IMG/VR virus record: IMGVR_UViG_2912874417_000004
Location: 32,001 to 96,000 of that record
Length of the DNA stretch: 64,000 nucleotides
Reading direction: 5' to 3' (one strand)
Source of the DNA: a virus
Taxonomy: Duplodnaviria > Caudoviricetes
In this document: piece after piece, positions 61,006-64,000 of the stretch
Numbering within the stretch: position 1 is the first letter of the stretch
How the letters are laid out: each line of letters starts with the position of its first letter
Made by a program: the position numbers and the translations under genes
Notes under the pieces: model-generated
Seen by the model: only the letters and a program-made list of their open reading frames with translations
The model's database searches: none
Told to the model about the DNA's origin: nothing

Positions 61006-62013
61006 ATGCCGAGAAAAGCCAAAGAAAAGGAAAAATTGATCTGTGCTGCTTGTCAGAAAGAAAAGGACAAAGAGTCAGGGTTCTATAATTCACGAAGTAG
61101 TCTGTATGAGAAGACCGGAAAAGTCCCTATTTGTAAGACTTGCTTGAAGAAAAACATTGATTACAACAATATTGAATCAATATATACAGTCTTACAACAG
61201 ATTGATGTTAAATTTGATCCGTTGTACTGGGAACAAGCTGAAAAGAGAAAAACAGATACATTTAGCGCTTATATGACAATGGCTAATTCATTGAAGCAAT
61301 TTAACGGTACTGGTTACAAAGATAGTGTTTTTGACAAACACCCAGAGAAGCCACTTATAGAGGAATCTACACCTACAAACAATGCTGGTGTTAGCCAACC
61401 TGAAGTCTCAGATGACCTGATTGATAAATGGGGAATTGGTTACACCCCTGATGAGTACAGTCAATTTGAAAGAAAATACAATAAACTTATTCGAAATTAC
61501 GGCGAAAAAACCACACTTCATACTGAAGGATTGCTTTCATATATTCGTTTTCGCGTAAAAGAGGAGTTAGCAACTGCCAAAGGTGATGTAAAAGAAGCTA
61601 AAGAATGGGGTTCATTAGCTTCAAAGGCAGCTACAGATGCAAAAATTAATGTATCTCAGTTAAGTAAGAGCGATATCAGTGGTGGAGTCGATGTACTTTC
61701 TCAATTATTTGAAGCCGTTGAAACAGAATTGGGCATTATACCCCTTCTCCCTCGTTTAGCAGCTCAACCATATGATGACGCCGATCTAATCATTTGGGCG
61801 ATTATAAATTATTACAGAAGGCTTGAAGATAAGGAAAAAGTCGATTACAAGGACATTTACCACTTTTATGATGAAATGCTCGAAGAGGACTTCAAATCAA
61901 AAGGATTGTCGCCTGAAGAAATTGATAAACTGAAGAGTGCTCGTAACAATGTGTTCAGAGATTTAGAGAATGTGTACAAAGAACCCCTTTATGACACAGG
62001 AGATGAAGAGTAA
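61006..62013 (+). CDS. yonG: YonG-like protein, candidate terminase small subunit
   Basis: CAAC...CKTC zinc finger; coupled to the terminase gene. Confidence 0.7.
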   Translation: MPRKAKEKEKLICAACQKEKDKESGFYNSRSSLYEKTGKVPICKTCLKKNIDYNNIESIYTVLQQIDVKFDPLYWEQAEKRKTDTFSAYMTMANSLKQFNGTGYKDSVFDKHPEKPLIEESTPTNNAGVSQPEVSDDLIDKWGIGYTPDEYSQFERKYNKLIRNYGEKTTLHTEGLLSYIRFRVKEELATAKGDVKEAKEWGSLASKAATDAKINVSQLSKSDISGGVDVLSQLFEAVETELGIIPLLPRLAAQPYDDADLIIWAIINYYRRLEDKEKVDYKDIYHFYDEMLEEDFKSKGLSPEEIDKLKSARNNVFRDLENVYKEPLYDTGDEE

Positions 62014-63761
62014 TGGCTAGTTATAAAAACTTCACCTCAAAAAACAAGAAGCATACAAAAAACAGAACAGATATTTACGACGCAGCTTTTGAAACTCCTC
62101 TGAATCCAGATGACAATTCAAACCTCATTAGCAAGAATATCTCCAAGTGGGCTGAGTTCACCTCATTTATTCGTTTTTATCCAGACATTTTTTACGATAT
62201 GTTGAAACCCGAAGTCGGCGGAATTGAGCTAGATTTATACCAAAGAGTTATGATGAGAACACTCAGTCGCTTCCCTCAGAACTACTTCTGTATTCCACGT
62301 GGTGGATCAAAAACGCTTACCCAGATCATGGTTGCATACCATACAGCTATTTGCTTTCCTAATGTAACGTTAGCCATTACCGCTTCTACAAAGGAATCAG
62401 CGGTGAAAATTTGGAAAGAAAAACACGAGGAAATTTTAAGGTTTTATCCTTCCATTAAAGATGAAATCAAGAGTGAAAACTTTTCAAAAGACAGCGGTCG
62501 GGTCGAATTTCAAAACGGGGCCATCATCGATAACCTGGCAAATGCCCAATCCTCTAAGGGTTTACGTAGAAGACGTGGCTCCTTAGAAGAATCTGCCTTG
62601 ATTGATAAAGATTTATACGATGATGCTATCGAGCCGATCTTTAATATCCCTCGCACAACCATGACTGGCGAAATAGATCCTGCTGAATTAAATGGCCAGA
62701 TTAACCGGTTCTCTACATCAGGATATAAAAACTCAGATGAGTACGAAAAAATCCTTACGATGGTTAAGGAAACTGGTGATCTTAAAGGATCCTTTGTATT
62801 TGGATCAGATTGGCGCATTCCTATTCACTTTGGTCGTCAAAAAATGTCTGTTATTAATAAAGCGCGACAAGGAAATGTAACTCGCTTCCGTCAGAATTAC
62901 CTTTGTGACTGGATTGGTGCAAGTGACGGCGCATTAATTAATATCAGTAAATTAATCAAAGCCCGGACTATTACCCATCCCGAACTTTCTTGCCCAAGAG
63001 ATAAAAATAAGAACTTTTTGCTGCACGAATATGTAATCGGGGTAGACGTTGCCCGCTCAGCAGCTGAATCAAACAATAAAACAGCTATCGTTGTTTTGAA
63101 GATAATCAGAAACAGCAACAACCTCATTAGGCAAGTTCAAGTGGTTAATATTATAGAGCCACCAAACGGATTGAGTTTTAAAGAACAATCAATCATGGTA
63201 AAAAGAGTTTTCAAAAACTATGGTGGCAATCAAGATACTTCCCTCTCAAGAGTTAAAGCTGTTATTGTCGATGGAAACGGAGTCGGTGGCGGTTTAATCG
63301 ACCGGTTATTAGAGGATGTTACGGATCCGGAGACCAATGAAGAACTTGGGTGCTGGGCCACAATAAACACTGATCAAAAGCCAGATGTCCCAAATTCGCC
63401 GGAAATCGTTTATAACCTAAAATCCCAAGGCATTAACCAAGACATTATCACTCAATTCCTGGATTATGTTGAGTCCGGAAAATTGAAGTTACTAAAGTCC
63501 TATGATGACATCAAGAACCAAAAAAGCATATCTGATGATGTAATGATTGAAGCAGCATGTATTCAAACTCAATTGTTCATTGACGAAGTTGCAAACCTCA
63601 GAATTAAAAAGACACAGAATTCTTTCACTGTTGAGCAAGTTGTAAAAAGAATCGATAAGGATAGGTACAGTGCAATTGCTTATGCGCTGTATTACATAGC
63701 TTTATTTTTAGAAAAGGAAGAATCCGATGATGAATATTCATTTGGATTCTTTTTTAATTAG
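62013..63761 (+). CDS. yonF: Terminase large subunit
   Basis: PRGGSKT, LEE, IGVDVA, DGNGVG, KDRYSA. Confidence 0.88.
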   Translation: MASYKNFTSKNKKHTKNRTDIYDAAFETPLNPDDNSNLISKNISKWAEFTSFIRFYPDIFYDMLKPEVGGIELDLYQRVMMRTLSRFPQNYFCIPRGGSKTLTQIMVAYHTAICFPNVTLAITASTKESAVKIWKEKHEEILRFYPSIKDEIKSENFSKDSGRVEFQNGAIIDNLANAQSSKGLRRRRGSLEESALIDKDLYDDAIEPIFNIPRTTMTGEIDPAELNGQINRFSTSGYKNSDEYEKILTMVKETGDLKGSFVFGSDWRIPIHFGRQKMSVINKARQGNVTRFRQNYLCDWIGASDGALINISKLIKARTITHPELSCPRDKNKNFLLHEYVIGVDVARSAAESNNKTAIVVLKIIRNSNNLIRQVQVVNIIEPPNGLSFKEQSIMVKRVFKNYGGNQDTSLSRVKAVIVDGNGVGGGLIDRLLEDVTDPETNEELGCWATINTDQKPDVPNSPEIVYNLKSQGINQDIITQFLDYVESGKLKLLKSYDDIKNQKSISDDVMIEAACIQTQLFIDEVANLRIKKTQNSFTVEQVVKRIDKDRYSAIAYALYYIALFLEKEESDDEYSFGFFFN

Positions 63762-63779
63762 AAATTGAGGAGGTGAATA

Positions 63780-64000
63780 ATGACTACATCTGAACCACAG
63801 TCATCATATGAATTTAATACAAATTTAGTGCCGCTTGATTCGTTGTTCTTTAATGATTTATTTAACGGCATTTCTTACGACAAAGTTAAATCATGGCTGA
63901 AAGACCATAATGTTTACAATAAGCAGATTAGGGATGCCTCTAAATTGCTTTATAACGCAAATGGTGTGTATAGAAACGTTATTGACTACATGGTAGCCCT
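63780..64000 (+). CDS. yonE: Portal protein (partial, 5' end)
   Basis: GAGGAGGTG RBS, ORF open to the window end, follows terminase. Confidence 0.65.
   Translation, partial: MTTSEPQSSYEFNTNLVPLDSLFFNDLFNGISYDKVKSWLKDHNVYNKQIRDASKLLYNANGVYRNVIDYMVA

Larger units (their letters stand above)
1..64000. mobile_element. SPbeta/phi3T-like temperate Bacillus phage (prophage), internal segment
   Basis: Gene order yorL-yorA, yoq, yop/sro, aimXPR, yonV-yonE matches the SPbeta layout; arbitrium locus, YonO RNAP and terminase present; AT-rich; no host genes or att sites in the window. Confidence 0.97.

Overview
The whole 64 kb window is an internal segment of an SPbeta/phi3T-like temperate Bacillus phage or prophage; no att sites or host genes are visible. 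From left to right it holds: (1) a minus-strand replication module (DnaE-type Pol III alpha, RecJ-like exonuclease, primase, DnaB-type helicase, yorH-yorE); (2) an accessory early region (beta-helix protein, poly-gamma-glutamate hydrolase, SRAP, ATP-dependent ligase, a truncated high-GC dUTPase, a kinase-phosphatase-RNA ligase fusion, many small genes); (3) the sro/yopM-R repression operon and a complete phi3T-type arbitrium locus (aimR, aimP with peptide SIIRGA, AimR operator, MazE-mimic aimX); (4) a variable cargo region (HEPN-like protein, acyltransferase-3, Mrr-like endonuclease, DUF4942 methyltransferase, LPD29 protein, YonV helicase, yonT/SR6 toxin-antitoxin); (5) a tubulin-like TubZ with a TubR-like partner; (6) plus-strand YonO RNA polymerase, HU, a densely base-paired non-coding region, yonK/J/H/G, terminase and the start of the portal gene. 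The most unusual signals are a 16-bp TAAAA-N6-TTTTA palindrome with a variable core at many accessory gene junctions (possible cassette/recombination system), the TubZ/TubR module with candidate centromere repeats, and a roughly 550-nt G-U-rich structured RNA after the HU gene. Gene symbols come from recalled similarity and gene order, not from a database search.
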